A DNA stretch of 64,000 bases from an uncultured Candidatus Rokubacteria bacterium (lineage in GTDB: Bacteria > Methylomirabilota > Methylomirabilia > Rokubacteriales > CSP1-6), in assembly GCA_963789955.1 (NCBI GenBank), contig CAWBMV010000034.1, forward strand, positions 288,001 to 352,000, read 5' to 3'. The notes beneath the pieces are model-generated. The model had not been told where the DNA came from. It made no database searches and saw only the letters and a program-made list of their open reading frames with translations. Both the position numbers and the translations under genes were made by a program. Shown in pieces: positions 33,853 to 42,736 of the stretch. Numbering within the stretch: the stretch's first letter is position 1; every line of letters starts with the position of its first letter.

Positions 33853-34248
33853 ATGCGAAGCGATCCGATCGCCGATCTCCTGACGCGCATCCGCAACGCG
33901 AGCCGCGCCGAGCACGAGAAGGTGGACATCCCGTCCTCGAAGCTCAAGGTGCGGATCGCCGAGATCCTGAAGGACGAAGGCTTCATCAAGAACTTCCGCG
34001 TGCTCGAGGACGACAAGCAAGGGACCCTGCGCGTCTACCTCAAGTACGGCGTGGGCAACGAGAAGATGATCTCCGGGCTCGTCCGCGTCTCGACTCCCGG
34101 CCGGCGCATCTACGTGACCCACGACCGGATCCCGTCGATCCTGGCCGGGATGGGCGTGGCGCTGGTGTCGACGTCGAGGGGCGTGGTGACCGGGCGCGAT
34201 GCGCGCAAGCAAAAGGTCGGCGGCGAAGTGCTCGCCTACGTGTGGTAG
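33853..34248 (+). CDS. rpsH: 30S ribosomal protein S8
   Basis: DPIADLLTRIRNA, STSRGV, GGEVL. Confidence 0.98.
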   Translation: MRSDPIADLLTRIRNASRAEHEKVDIPSSKLKVRIAEILKDEGFIKNFRVLEDDKQGTLRVYLKYGVGNEKMISGLVRVSTPGRRIYVTHDRIPSILAGMGVALVSTSRGVVTGRDARKQKVGGEVLAYVW

Positions 34249-34257
34249 AGGAGCGCC

Positions 34258-34806
34258 ATGTCACGGATCGGCCGACAGCCCGTCAACATTCCGCAAGGCG
34301 TCAAGATCCAGATCGACGGGACCACCGTGCGTGCCGAAGGCCCGAAGGGCAAGCTGATGCAGCCGGTCCCGGCGGGACTCAGCGCGAAGCTCGAGAACAA
34401 CCAGCTCGTGATCTCGCGCACCGGCGATGACCGGAAGATCCGTGCGCTCCATGGCCTGGCTCGCGCGCTGATGGCCAACATGGTCACCGGCGTGAAGGAT
34501 GGCTTCGAGCGCAAGCTCGACATCGTCGGCATCGGCTACCGGGCGCAGATCCAGGGCAAGGCGATCACGCTCGCGCTGGGTTACTCGCACCCCGTGGTGT
34601 TCCCGCTGCCGGAGGGCATCACGGCCGACATCGAGCGCCAGGTCGCCATCACCTTGAAGGGGGCCGACAAGGCGCTGCTCGGCCAGACCGCCGCGAAGCT
34701 CCGTGCGCTCCGCGAGCCCGATCCGTACAAGGGCAAGGGGATCAAGTACTCGGACGAAGTGATCCGCCGCAAGGTCGGTAAGAAGGCGGGAGCGGGGGCC
34801 AAGTGA
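34258..34806 (+). CDS. rplF: 50S ribosomal protein L6
   Basis: [14 protein letters not shown]. Confidence 0.98.
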   Translation: MSRIGRQPVNIPQGVKIQIDGTTVRAEGPKGKLMQPVPAGLSAKLENNQLVISRTGDDRKIRALHGLARALMANMVTGVKDGFERKLDIVGIGYRAQIQGKAITLALGYSHPVVFPLPEGITADIERQVAITLKGADKALLGQTAAKLRALREPDPYKGKGIKYSDEVIRRKVGKKAGAGAK

Positions 34807-35168
34807 TCACGAAAGAGCGGCGGGCTTCGCGAGATGTCAGGCACCGGCGGCTTCGCCGGTACGTGCGCGGCTCGGAGGCGCGGCCGCGGCTGGCCGTGTT
34901 CCGCAGCCTGAATCACATCTACGCCCAGCTGGTCGACGACGACGCGGGAAAGACCCTGCTGGCGGTGGACAGCCGGAGCAAGGAGTTCCGAGCGCGCCAG
35001 CCGCAGGGCGGCAACGTCGCCGCGGCCAAGCTCGTCGGCGAGCTGCTGGCCGGCAAGGCGAAGGCGCAGGGGATCGAGCGCGTCGTGTTCGATCGCGGTG
35101 GGTACATGTACCACGGACGAGTGAAGGCGCTCGCCGATGCGGCTCGCGCCGGCGGCCTCGTTTTTTAG
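34803..35168 (+). CDS. rplR: 50S ribosomal protein L18
   Basis: [22 protein letters not shown]. Confidence 0.98.
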   Translation: MITKERRASRDVRHRRLRRYVRGSEARPRLAVFRSLNHIYAQLVDDDAGKTLLAVDSRSKEFRARQPQGGNVAAAKLVGELLAGKAKAQGIERVVFDRGGYMYHGRVKALADAARAGGLVF

Positions 35169-35177
35169 CGAGCGCGC

Positions 35178-35261
35178 GTTCGCAGGGAAGTCGAGAGGCG
35201 GGCGGCCCCAGGCTCCCGCGGGTTCGCAGGGGAGTCGAGAGGGGGGCGGAGCCCCCTTCTC
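35178..35261. repeat. Tandem 28-bp repeat with terminal hairpin (REP-like family B) between rplR and rpsE
   Basis: GTTCGCAGGGRAGTCGAGAGGSGGGCGG at 35178-35205 and 35222-35249, then GAGAGGGGGGC-GGA-GCCCCCTTCTC hairpin. Confidence 0.75.
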
Positions 35262-35276
35262 CAAAGGGAGAATCGA

Positions 35277-35816
35277 GTGGCCGAAGCGAAGATCGATCCG
35301 AGCGTGCTCGAGCTGAACGATCGCGTCGTCTCCATCAACCGGGTGGCCAAGGTCGTGAAAGGTGGACGGAGGTTCTCGTTCACCGCGCTGGTCGTCGTCG
35401 GAGACGGCCGCGGTCACGTGGGTGTCGGTCTCGGCAAGGCCCACGAGGTGCCGGAGGCCATCCGGAAGGCGGTCGAGCACGCCAAGAAGGACCTGATCTT
35501 CGTCCCGCTCAAGGACACGACGATCCCCTGCGAGATCACCGGGCATTTCGGCGCCGGCCGCGTCTTCCTCAAGCCGGCGGTGCCGGGTACGGGCGTCATC
35601 GCCGGCGGCGCGGTGCGGCCGATCCTCGAGGCCGCGGGCGTGCAGGACATTCTGACGAAGACCCTGGGGTCGAACAATCCCCACAACGTGCTCAAGGCGA
35701 CGATCGACGCGCTGCGACGGATCAAGCGCCTGCAAGATCTGCATGCGGCGCGGCGGCGCGGCGACGGCGTCGTCGCCCCCGCGGAGGAGATGGCCGGTGC
35801 CCGACAAGAAGCTTAA
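35277..35816 (+). CDS. rpsE: 30S ribosomal protein S5
   Basis: [22 protein letters not shown]. Confidence 0.98.
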   Translation: MAEAKIDPSVLELNDRVVSINRVAKVVKGGRRFSFTALVVVGDGRGHVGVGLGKAHEVPEAIRKAVEHAKKDLIFVPLKDTTIPCEITGHFGAGRVFLKPAVPGTGVIAGGAVRPILEAAGVQDILTKTLGSNNPHNVLKATIDALRRIKRLQDLHAARRRGDGVVAPAEEMAGARQEA

Positions 35817-35979
35817 GGTCACCCTGACCAAATCGATGATCGGGCTCTCGCCCAAGCAAGAGGCGACCGTCCGGGCTCTGGGACTCCGCCGGATCCGCCA
35901 CTCGGTCAGCCACGACGACTCGGTGTCGGTGCGCGGCATGATCGCCAAGGTCGTCGCACGTGCTGAGCGTGACCCGTGA
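35797..35979 (+). CDS. rpmD: 50S ribosomal protein L30 (C-terminus probably distorted by an indel near 35953)
   Basis: [27 protein letters not shown]; the expected HVLSV is in the +1 frame. Confidence 0.9.
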   Translation: MPDKKLKVTLTKSMIGLSPKQEATVRALGLRRIRHSVSHDDSVSVRGMIAKVVARAERDP

Positions 35980-36444
35980 AGCTTGACGAGCTGCGCCCGG
36001 CGCCGGGCGCCACGAAGCGGCGCAAGAAGATCGGTCGCGGCCCGGGATCGGGTCACGGCAAGACCTCGACCAAGGGACACAAGGGCCACAGCGCGCGGTC
36101 CGGCGGCGGCAAGGCACGGCGGCTTCGAGGGCGGCCAGATGCCGCTCTACCGACGGCTGCCCAAGCGCGGCTTCATCCCGTTCGGTGGAAAGACCGAGTA
36201 CGCCGTCGTGAATCTCGAGTCGCTGAGCGGGTTCGCGGCGAACGCCGTGGTCGATCCCGACGGCCTCGCCCAGGCCGGGCTCATCAAGCGGAGCGGCCGC
36301 GCGCGGGTCAAGGTGCTGGGCACCGGTGACGTCGCGCACGCGCTGACCGTGCGCGCCCACGCGGTGAGCGAGTCGGCGCGCGCGAAGATCGAGGCGAAGG
36401 GCGGTCGGGTCGAGACGCTCCCCGAGCGGGTGCCCGCTTCGTGA
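35976..36444 (+). CDS. rplO: 50S ribosomal protein L15 (frameshift near 36115)
   Basis: [11 protein letters not shown], then [18 protein letters not shown] in the next frame. Confidence 0.95.
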
Positions 36445-37766
36445 TCGAGAGTCTCCAGAGCTTCCAGAACGTCTTCAAGATCCCGGAGCTGAAGCGCCGC
36501 GTCATCATGACGGCGGTGCTGCTGATCGCCTATCGCATCGGCGCGCACGTGCCGACGCCCGGGATCGACGGACACGCGCTGGCGCAGTTCTTCGACCAGG
36601 TGCAGGGCACCCTGCTCGGCATGGTCGACCTCTTCTCGGGCGGCAACCTGAGACGGCTGTCGATCTTCGCGCTCGGGATCATGCCGTACATCTCGGCCTC
36701 GATCATCCTGCAGCTGCTGACCGTCGTCGTGCCCGCCCTCGAGCGGCTGGCGAAGGAAGGCGAGGCCGGCCGCAAGAAGATCACGCAGTACACGCGCTAC
36801 GGCACGATCGTGCTGTCGGGGGTGCAGGCGCTCGGCATCGCCTACGGCCTCGAGAGCATGCGGAGTCCGACGGGCCTGTCGATCGTGCCGACGCCGGGCT
36901 GGGGCTTCCGTCTGCTGACGATGGTCACCTTGACCGCGGGCACCGCGCTGATCATGTGGATGGGCGAGCAGATCTCCGAGAAGGGGATCGGCAATGGGAT
37001 CTCGCTGATCATCTTCGCGGGCATCGTCGTGCGTCTGCCGTCGGCCATCAGCGCCTCCTACACCCTGCTCTCGACCGGCGAGCTGAAGCTCATCGTCGTC
37101 GTCGCGATCATCCTGGTGATGGTCGGCGTCACGGCGGCCGTCGTCTTGATGCAAGAGGGCCAGCGCAAGATCCCGGTGCAGTACGCCAAGCGCGTGGTGG
37201 GCCGGCGCGTCTACGGCGGCCAGTCGACGCACATCCCGCTGCGGATCAACACCGCCGGCGTCATCCCGGTCATCTTCGCGTCCTCGCTGATCCTGTTCCC
37301 GGCGACCTTGACGCGCTTCGTTCCGCATCCGTGGATGCAGGCGATCTCCGACGCGATGTCGCCGGGGCGGCTCTTCTACACCGCGTCGTACATGGCGCTG
37401 ATCGTCTTCTTCGCCTACTTCTACACGGCGATCGTGTTCAATCCGATCGACCTGGCCGACAACATGAAGAAGTACGGCGGCTTCATCCCGGGCGTGCGGC
37501 CGGGCAAGAAGACGGCCGAGTACATCGACCGGACCTTGACGCGCATCACCTTGCCGGGCGCCTTGTTCCTGGCGTTGATCTCGGTGCTGCCGGACTACCT
37601 GATCCGCTGGTTCAACGTGCCGTTCTACTTCGGCGGCACGAGCCTCCTGATCGTCGTCGGCGTGGCGCTCGACACCGTCCGGCAGATGGAATCGCACCTG
37701 CTCATGCGGAACTACGAGGGCTTCCTGAAGAAGTCCAAGTCGCGTTCGAGCGGATACGGCAGTTGA
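36441..37766 (+). CDS. secY: Preprotein translocase subunit SecY
   Basis: [43 protein letters not shown]. Confidence 0.98.
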   Translation: MIESLQSFQNVFKIPELKRRVIMTAVLLIAYRIGAHVPTPGIDGHALAQFFDQVQGTLLGMVDLFSGGNLRRLSIFALGIMPYISASIILQLLTVVVPALERLAKEGEAGRKKITQYTRYGTIVLSGVQALGIAYGLESMRSPTGLSIVPTPGWGFRLLTMVTLTAGTALIMWMGEQISEKGIGNGISLIIFAGIVVRLPSAISASYTLLSTGELKLIVVVAIILVMVGVTAAVVLMQEGQRKIPVQYAKRVVGRRVYGGQSTHIPLRINTAGVIPVIFASSLILFPATLTRFVPHPWMQAISDAMSPGRLFYTASYMALIVFFAYFYTAIVFNPIDLADNMKKYGGFIPGVRPGKKTAEYIDRTLTRITLPGALFLALISVLPDYLIRWFNVPFYFGGTSLLIVVGVALDTVRQMESHLLMRNYEGFLKKSKSRSSGYGS

Positions 37767-38420
37767 GCGCGCGAGTCGCCTTTCTGGGACCTCCGGGCGC
37801 GGGCAAGGGCACGCAGGCCCGCGACCTCGCGCAGGAATGGCGCGTCCCGCACCTGGCGACCGGCGACATGCTGCGTGAGGCGGTGGCGGCGGGCACCCCG
37901 CTCGGCCGCGAGGCCAAGGGCTACATGGATCAGGGCGCGCTCGTCCCGGACGACGTGATCATCCGGATGATGGGGGAGCGTCTCGGCAAGGCCGACGCCG
38001 GCCGGGGCTTCATCCTCGACGGGTTTCCGCGGACGATCGCCCAGGCCGAAGCGCTGGCGAAGCTGCTGAAGGATCTCGGCCAGACGCTCGACACGGTCGT
38101 CTACTTCGACGTGTCCGAGCCGGAGTTGCTGCGACGTCTGACCGGACGCCGCGTCTGCCGCACGTGCGGCCATTCGTACCACATGACGTCGAATCCGCCG
38201 AAGCGCGCGGGCGTGTGTGACGAGTGCGGCGGTGAGCTCTATCAGCGCGACGACGACGCCGAGACCACGGTACGCAAGCGCCTGGACGTGTATCAGCGCC
38301 AGACGGCGCCGCTCCTGGACTACTACCGCCAGCGCAGCCTGCTGCGCGACGGTGTCCGGCGAGGGGCCGCTCGCGACGATTCGCGACTCGATCCGGGCCG
38401 CTTCGGGAGCCGTGCGGTGA
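37763..38420 (+). CDS. adk: Adenylate kinase with Zn-lid (frameshift near 38345)
   Basis: [37 protein letters not shown]. Confidence 0.95.
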
Positions 38421-39201
38421 TCGTGCTCAAGTCGGCGCGCGAGATCGCGCTCATGCGGCGTGCGGGCACATCCTGGCCGGTGTCGTCGAGCGCCTGCGCG
38501 GCTTCGTTCGCCCGGGGATGTCGACGCTCGAGATCGACGAGGACGTCGAGGCGTACATCCACCGCGAGGGCGCCGCGCCGGCCTTCAAGGGCTACCGCGG
38601 GTTTCCGGCGACCGCGTGCATCTCGATCAACGAGGAGGTCGTGCACGGTATCCCGTCCCCGCGGCGCAAGATCCGCGAGGGCGACATCGTGGGCCTTGAC
38701 CTCGGGTGCATCGTAGAGGGGTACTACGCCGATTGCGCGTTCACCCTCCCGATCGGGACAGTGCCGGCGAACGTCCAGAAGCTGCTGGACGTCACCCGCG
38801 AGAGCCTCGACCTGGCTATCCAGGAGTGCCGGCCGGGCCGGCGGCTGTCGGACGTGTCGCACGCGGTACAGTCGCACGTCGAGGCGAACGGGTTCGCCGT
38901 CGTGCGGGCGTTCGTCGGCCACGGAATCGGACGGGCGCTGCACGAGGAGCCGCAGATCCCCAACTTCGGGGATCCGGGGCGCGGCCCGCAGCTCAAGCCG
39001 GGGATGGTCCTCGCCATCGAGCCCATGGTCACCATGGGGAGCTGGGAGGTCCGGATCCTGGACGACGGTTGGACGGCGGTGACCCAGGACGGCAGCCTGG
39101 CGGCGCACTTCGAGCACACCGTGGCGGTGACGGACGACGGCCCGGAGGTGCTGACGAGCCTCAGCGGCCGGTCGGCGCCGACGACACCGGCGAGCCGATA
39201 G
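38417..39201 (+). CDS. map: Methionine aminopeptidase type I (frameshift near 38465)
   Basis: [34 protein letters not shown]. Confidence 0.95.
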
Positions 39202-39203
39202 CG

Positions 39204-39422
39204 GTGGCCAAGGAAGACGCGATCGAGGTCGAGGGAACGGTGGTCGAGCCGCTGCCCAACGCGATGTTTCGGGTGGAGCTGGAGAACGGTCACAAGGTGC
39301 TCGCGCACGTCAGCGGCAAGATGCGGATGAACTTCATCCGGATCCTGCCGGGCGATCGCGTGAAGGTCGAGCTGTCGCCGTACGACCTGACCCGGGGCCG
39401 GATCACCTATCGGTTCAAGTAA
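39204..39422 (+). CDS. infA: Translation initiation factor IF-1
   Basis: [31 protein letters not shown]. Confidence 0.98.
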   Translation: MAKEDAIEVEGTVVEPLPNAMFRVELENGHKVLAHVSGKMRMNFIRILPGDRVKVELSPYDLTRGRITYRFK

Positions 39423-39454
39423 GGGAAGTCAGTCGTGGAGATGAGGAAGAAGCG

Positions 39455-39568
39455 ATGAAGGTGCGACCGTCGGTCAAGGTGCGTTGCGAGCATTGCAAGA
39501 TCGTGAAGCGTCAGGGCGTCACGCGGATCATCTGCAAGAATCCGCGGCACAAAGCCCGACAGGGCTGA
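39455..39568 (+). CDS. rpmJ: 50S ribosomal protein L36
   Basis: Translated by eye: [37 protein letters not shown]. Confidence 0.96.
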   Translation: MKVRPSVKVRCEHCKIVKRQGVTRIICKNPRHKARQG

Positions 39569-39584
39569 GCGGGCGGAGGCGAGC

Positions 39585-40019
39585 ATGGCGAGAGTGGCGG
39601 GAATCGATCTGCCTCGCGAGAAGCGGGGCGAAGTCGCGGTGACGTACATCTACGGCCTCGGACGGTCCACGGGACGCCGGGTCCTGCTCAAGGCCAACGT
39701 CGATCCCAGCAAGCGGGTGAAGGCGTGGACGGACGACGAGGTGAACCGGATCCGCGAGATCATCGAGCGCGAGCTCAAGGTCGAGGGCGACCTGCGCCGC
39801 GACGTCTCGATGAACGTGAAGCGCCTGATGGACATCGGCGCCTATCGCGGGATTCGTCACCGTCGCGGGCTGCCGGTGCGCGGTCAGCGGACTCACACCA
39901 ACGCCCGGACGCGGAAGGGCCCGAAGCGCGGCGTGATGGTCAAGAAGAAGCCGGCCGCGTCGCCCTCGGCGCCCGCGGCGGCACCGGCGGCAGCAGCGCC
40001 GAAAAAGGCGGGAGCGTAA
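39585..40019 (+). CDS. rpsM: 30S ribosomal protein S13
   Basis: [29 protein letters not shown]; Ala/Pro-rich tail. Confidence 0.98.
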   Translation: MARVAGIDLPREKRGEVAVTYIYGLGRSTGRRVLLKANVDPSKRVKAWTDDEVNRIREIIERELKVEGDLRRDVSMNVKRLMDIGAYRGIRHRRGLPVRGQRTHTNARTRKGPKRGVMVKKKPAASPSAPAAAPAAAAPKKAGA

Positions 40020-40022
40020 GGC

Positions 40023-40430
40023 ATGGCCGAAGAAGCGAAACCAGCACCACGGAAGAAGGGCGGAAAGAAGCGCGAGCGGCGCGAGGTGCGCACCGGTATC
40101 GCGCACATCCAGGCGACGTTCAACAACACGATCGTCACGCTCACCGATCGGATGGGCAACGTCGTGTCGTGGTCGAGCGCCGGGAGCGCCGGGTTCAAGG
40201 GCTCGCGCAAGAGCACGCCCTTCGCCGCCCAGACGGCCTCCGAGCTCGCCGCTCGCAAGGCGATGGAGTACGGCCTGAAGCAGATCGAAGTCTTCGTGCG
40301 AGGCCCCGGGGCCGGCCGCGAGGCGGCCATCCGCTCGCTGCAGGCCGCCGGTCTGGAGATCACCGCGATCCGTGACGTCACGCCGATTCCGCACGACGGG
40401 TGCCGCCCGCCGAAGCGGCGGCGGGTGTAG
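40023..40430 (+). CDS. rpsK: 30S ribosomal protein S11
   Basis: [28 protein letters not shown]. Confidence 0.98.
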   Translation: MAEEAKPAPRKKGGKKRERREVRTGIAHIQATFNNTIVTLTDRMGNVVSWSSAGSAGFKGSRKSTPFAAQTASELAARKAMEYGLKQIEVFVRGPGAGREAAIRSLQAAGLEITAIRDVTPIPHDGCRPPKRRRV

Positions 40431-40439
40431 GAGGCGGCC

Positions 40440-41063
40440 ATGGCGCGGTATCGCGACGCGAAGTGCCGGCTGTGCCGCCGCGAAGGCCAGAAGCTCTTCT
40501 TGAAGGGAGCGCGCTGCTTCACCGATAAGTGTGCCATCGAGCGGCGCAACTATCCGCCGGGTCAGCACGGGCTGAACCGCGGCAAGCCGACCGCCTTCGG
40601 CATCCAGCTCCGCGAAAAGCAGAAGGCCAAGCGCATCTATGGCGTGCTGGAGAGCCAGTTCCGAAAGTACTTCCAGTGGGCCGAGGCCGAGAAGGGCGTC
40701 ACCGGCGAGAATCTCCTGCGGCTCCTCGAGCTCCGGCTCGACAACGTCGTGCATCGGCTCGGCTTCGCGGCCTCCCGCCGGGAAGGTCGCCAGATGGTGA
40801 CGCACGGCCATTTCCAGGTGAACGGACGGAAGGTCTCGGTGCCGTCGTTCCTGGTGAAGGTGGGCGACGCGGTCCAGCTGCGTCCGACGTCCAAAATGCA
40901 GGCGCGTCTCGACGATAACGTCAACGCGGGCCGCGGGCAGGTGCCCCAGTGGCTCGAGCTCGATCCGAACGAGAAGAAGGGCGTCGTCCGAAGCCTGCCG
41001 TTGCGTGACGACATCCAGATCCCGGTCGCCGAGCAGCTCATCGTCGAGCTCTACAGCAAGTGA
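40440..41063 (+). CDS. rpsD: 30S ribosomal protein S4
   Basis: [31 protein letters not shown]. Confidence 0.98.
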   Translation: MARYRDAKCRLCRREGQKLFLKGARCFTDKCAIERRNYPPGQHGLNRGKPTAFGIQLREKQKAKRIYGVLESQFRKYFQWAEAEKGVTGENLLRLLELRLDNVVHRLGFAASRREGRQMVTHGHFQVNGRKVSVPSFLVKVGDAVQLRPTSKMQARLDDNVNAGRGQVPQWLELDPNEKKGVVRSLPLRDDIQIPVAEQLIVELYSK

Positions 41064-41184
41064 GGTGCGCGCTGCAGGCCGTCGCGGGGCTGGGGCCCCT
41101 CCCGCAGGCGCGCGCCGCCAAATGAGGTGCGCGCTGCAGGCCGTCGCGGGGCTGGGGCCCCGCCGGCCGAGGCGCGCCTCCAAA
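41061..41184. repeat. Two tandem copies (62-bp period) of palindromic REP-like family A between rpsD and rpoA
   Basis: TGAGGTGCGCGCTGCAGGCCGTCGCGGGGCTGGGGCCCC at 41061 and 41123; core of the second copy identical to 5698-5749. Confidence 0.9.
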
Positions 41185-41195
41185 TAGGAAAGGCT

Positions 41196-42177
41196 ATGCC
41201 ACGTATTCCATTTCAGAGGCCGAAGAAGGTCGAGTGGGAGATCATGACCGACCGGTACGGCCGGCTCGTCGCCGAGCCGTTCGAGAAGGGCTATGCGCTG
41301 ACCGTCGGGAACTCGCTCCGGCGGACCCTGCTCGCGGTGGTACCGGGCGCGGCGGTGTCGTGGGTCCGGATCGACGGGATCAAGAACGTCGAGACGAAGA
41401 TCCCCGGCGTCAAGGAGAGCACGGTCGACGTCCTGCTCAACATCAAGAAGCTCGCGATCCAGGTGCCGTCGGGTGAGGCCAAGGTTCTTCGAGTCGAGGT
41501 GACCGGCCCGAAGGTCGTGACGGGCGCCGACGTGCCCGAGACCGACGTCGAGGTCGTGAACCCGGAGATCCATCTCTTCACCATCGAGTCGAGCGCGAAG
41601 GTGACGCGTGGAGCTCGGCGTGGGCATGGGACGCGGCTACGAGGCGGTCGACCGCGCCACCGTCACCACGCCGGCCGGTGCCCTGGCGCTCGACGCGGCC
41701 TATTCGCCGATCATGCGAGTGGCCTACAACGTCGAGATGTCACGGCTCGGCAAGATCACCGACTACGAGAAGCTGGTGCTCGAGGTGTGGACGAACGGCT
41801 CCGTGAGCCCCGACGACGCGCTCACGCGGGCGTCCACCTACCTCAAGGATCACTTCCACCCGCTGGCCGCCGGCGTGCCGCGCGAGGACGAAGAGGCGGA
41901 GGGCGCGGAAGGCGAGGCGTTCCTGCGCGACGCCCTCGGCAAGACGCTCGAGGAGCTGGCGCTGCCGGCGCGCGCGATCAACGCGCTCAAGAACGCCGAG
42001 CTGAATCTGGTGGTCGACCTCGTGCAGAAGAACGAGGGCGATCTGGAGCACGTGAAGAACCTCGGAGAAAAATCGATCGACGAGATCAAGACGGCGCTCG
42101 CCGCGCTCGGCCTGTCGCTCGGCATGCGGATCGACCCGAACGTCCTCGGGGCGCTCGGCAGGGGCAGTGTGAAGTGA
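41196..42177 (+). CDS. rpoA: RNA polymerase alpha subunit, divergent (frameshift near 41606)
   Basis: EPFEKGY..GNSLRR, GRGY, TDYEKLVLEVWTNGS, alpha-CTD KNLGEKS; rpsD-rpoA-rplQ synteny. Confidence 0.92.
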
Positions 42178-42250
42178 GCCGCCGCCTCTGCGGCGAGCTG
42201 AACCCTGCAGTTTTCAGTCAGCGTGAAATGATCGCAGAAGGAGTCACGCG

Positions 42251-42724
42251 ATGAGGCACCGGAACGCCGGCCACAAGCTCGGCCGGCTCACGCAGCATCG
42301 GTGGGCGCTGTTTCGCAACTTGCTCGTCGCGCTGTTCCGTCACGAGCGCATCGAGACCACCGGCGCGAAGGCCCACGCGGTGCGGGGGCTCGCCGAGCAC
42401 ATGATCACCCTCGCCAAGCGTGAGAACCTTCACGCGCGACGGCAGGTGCTGTCGATGGTGCCCGACACGGAGGTCGTGGGCCGGCTGTTCGACACGATCG
42501 CCGCGCGATTCGCCGACCGGAACGGCGGCTACACGCGGGTCATCAAGATCGGCCCGCGTCCCGGCGACGGGGCCCCGATGGTGTTCCTGGAGCTGGTCGA
42601 TCGCGCCGAGGCTCCGACCGACAAGGACAAGAAGTCCGAGAAGAAGGAGCGGGCGCCCAAGGGCGAGGCCGGCGCCACCGGTCGCCGGAAGCGGAAGGAG
42701 AAGGCGGCCGCCGCCTCTGCGTAA
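42251..42724 (+). CDS. rplQ: 50S ribosomal protein L17
   Basis: MRHR..KLGR, ERIETT, RNGGYTRV, RPGDGAPM. Confidence 0.97.
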   Translation: MRHRNAGHKLGRLTQHRWALFRNLLVALFRHERIETTGAKAHAVRGLAEHMITLAKRENLHARRQVLSMVPDTEVVGRLFDTIAARFADRNGGYTRVIKIGPRPGDGAPMVFLELVDRAEAPTDKDKKSEKKERAPKGEAGATGRRKRKEKAAAASA

Positions 42725-42736
42725 CGCCGCGCGCTC

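Noticed and set aside
36956..38716. Apparent 586-aa adk-map fusion ORF
   Set aside because: Produced by indels near 38345 and 38465; the native adk stop and map start overlap at 38417-38420.
42178..42721. 15-bp direct repeat GCCGCCGCCTCTGCG flanking rplQ (42178-42192 and 42707-42721)
   Set aside because: Low-complexity GC-rich word; rplQ is in its normal position and there is no mobility gene, so chance is likely.
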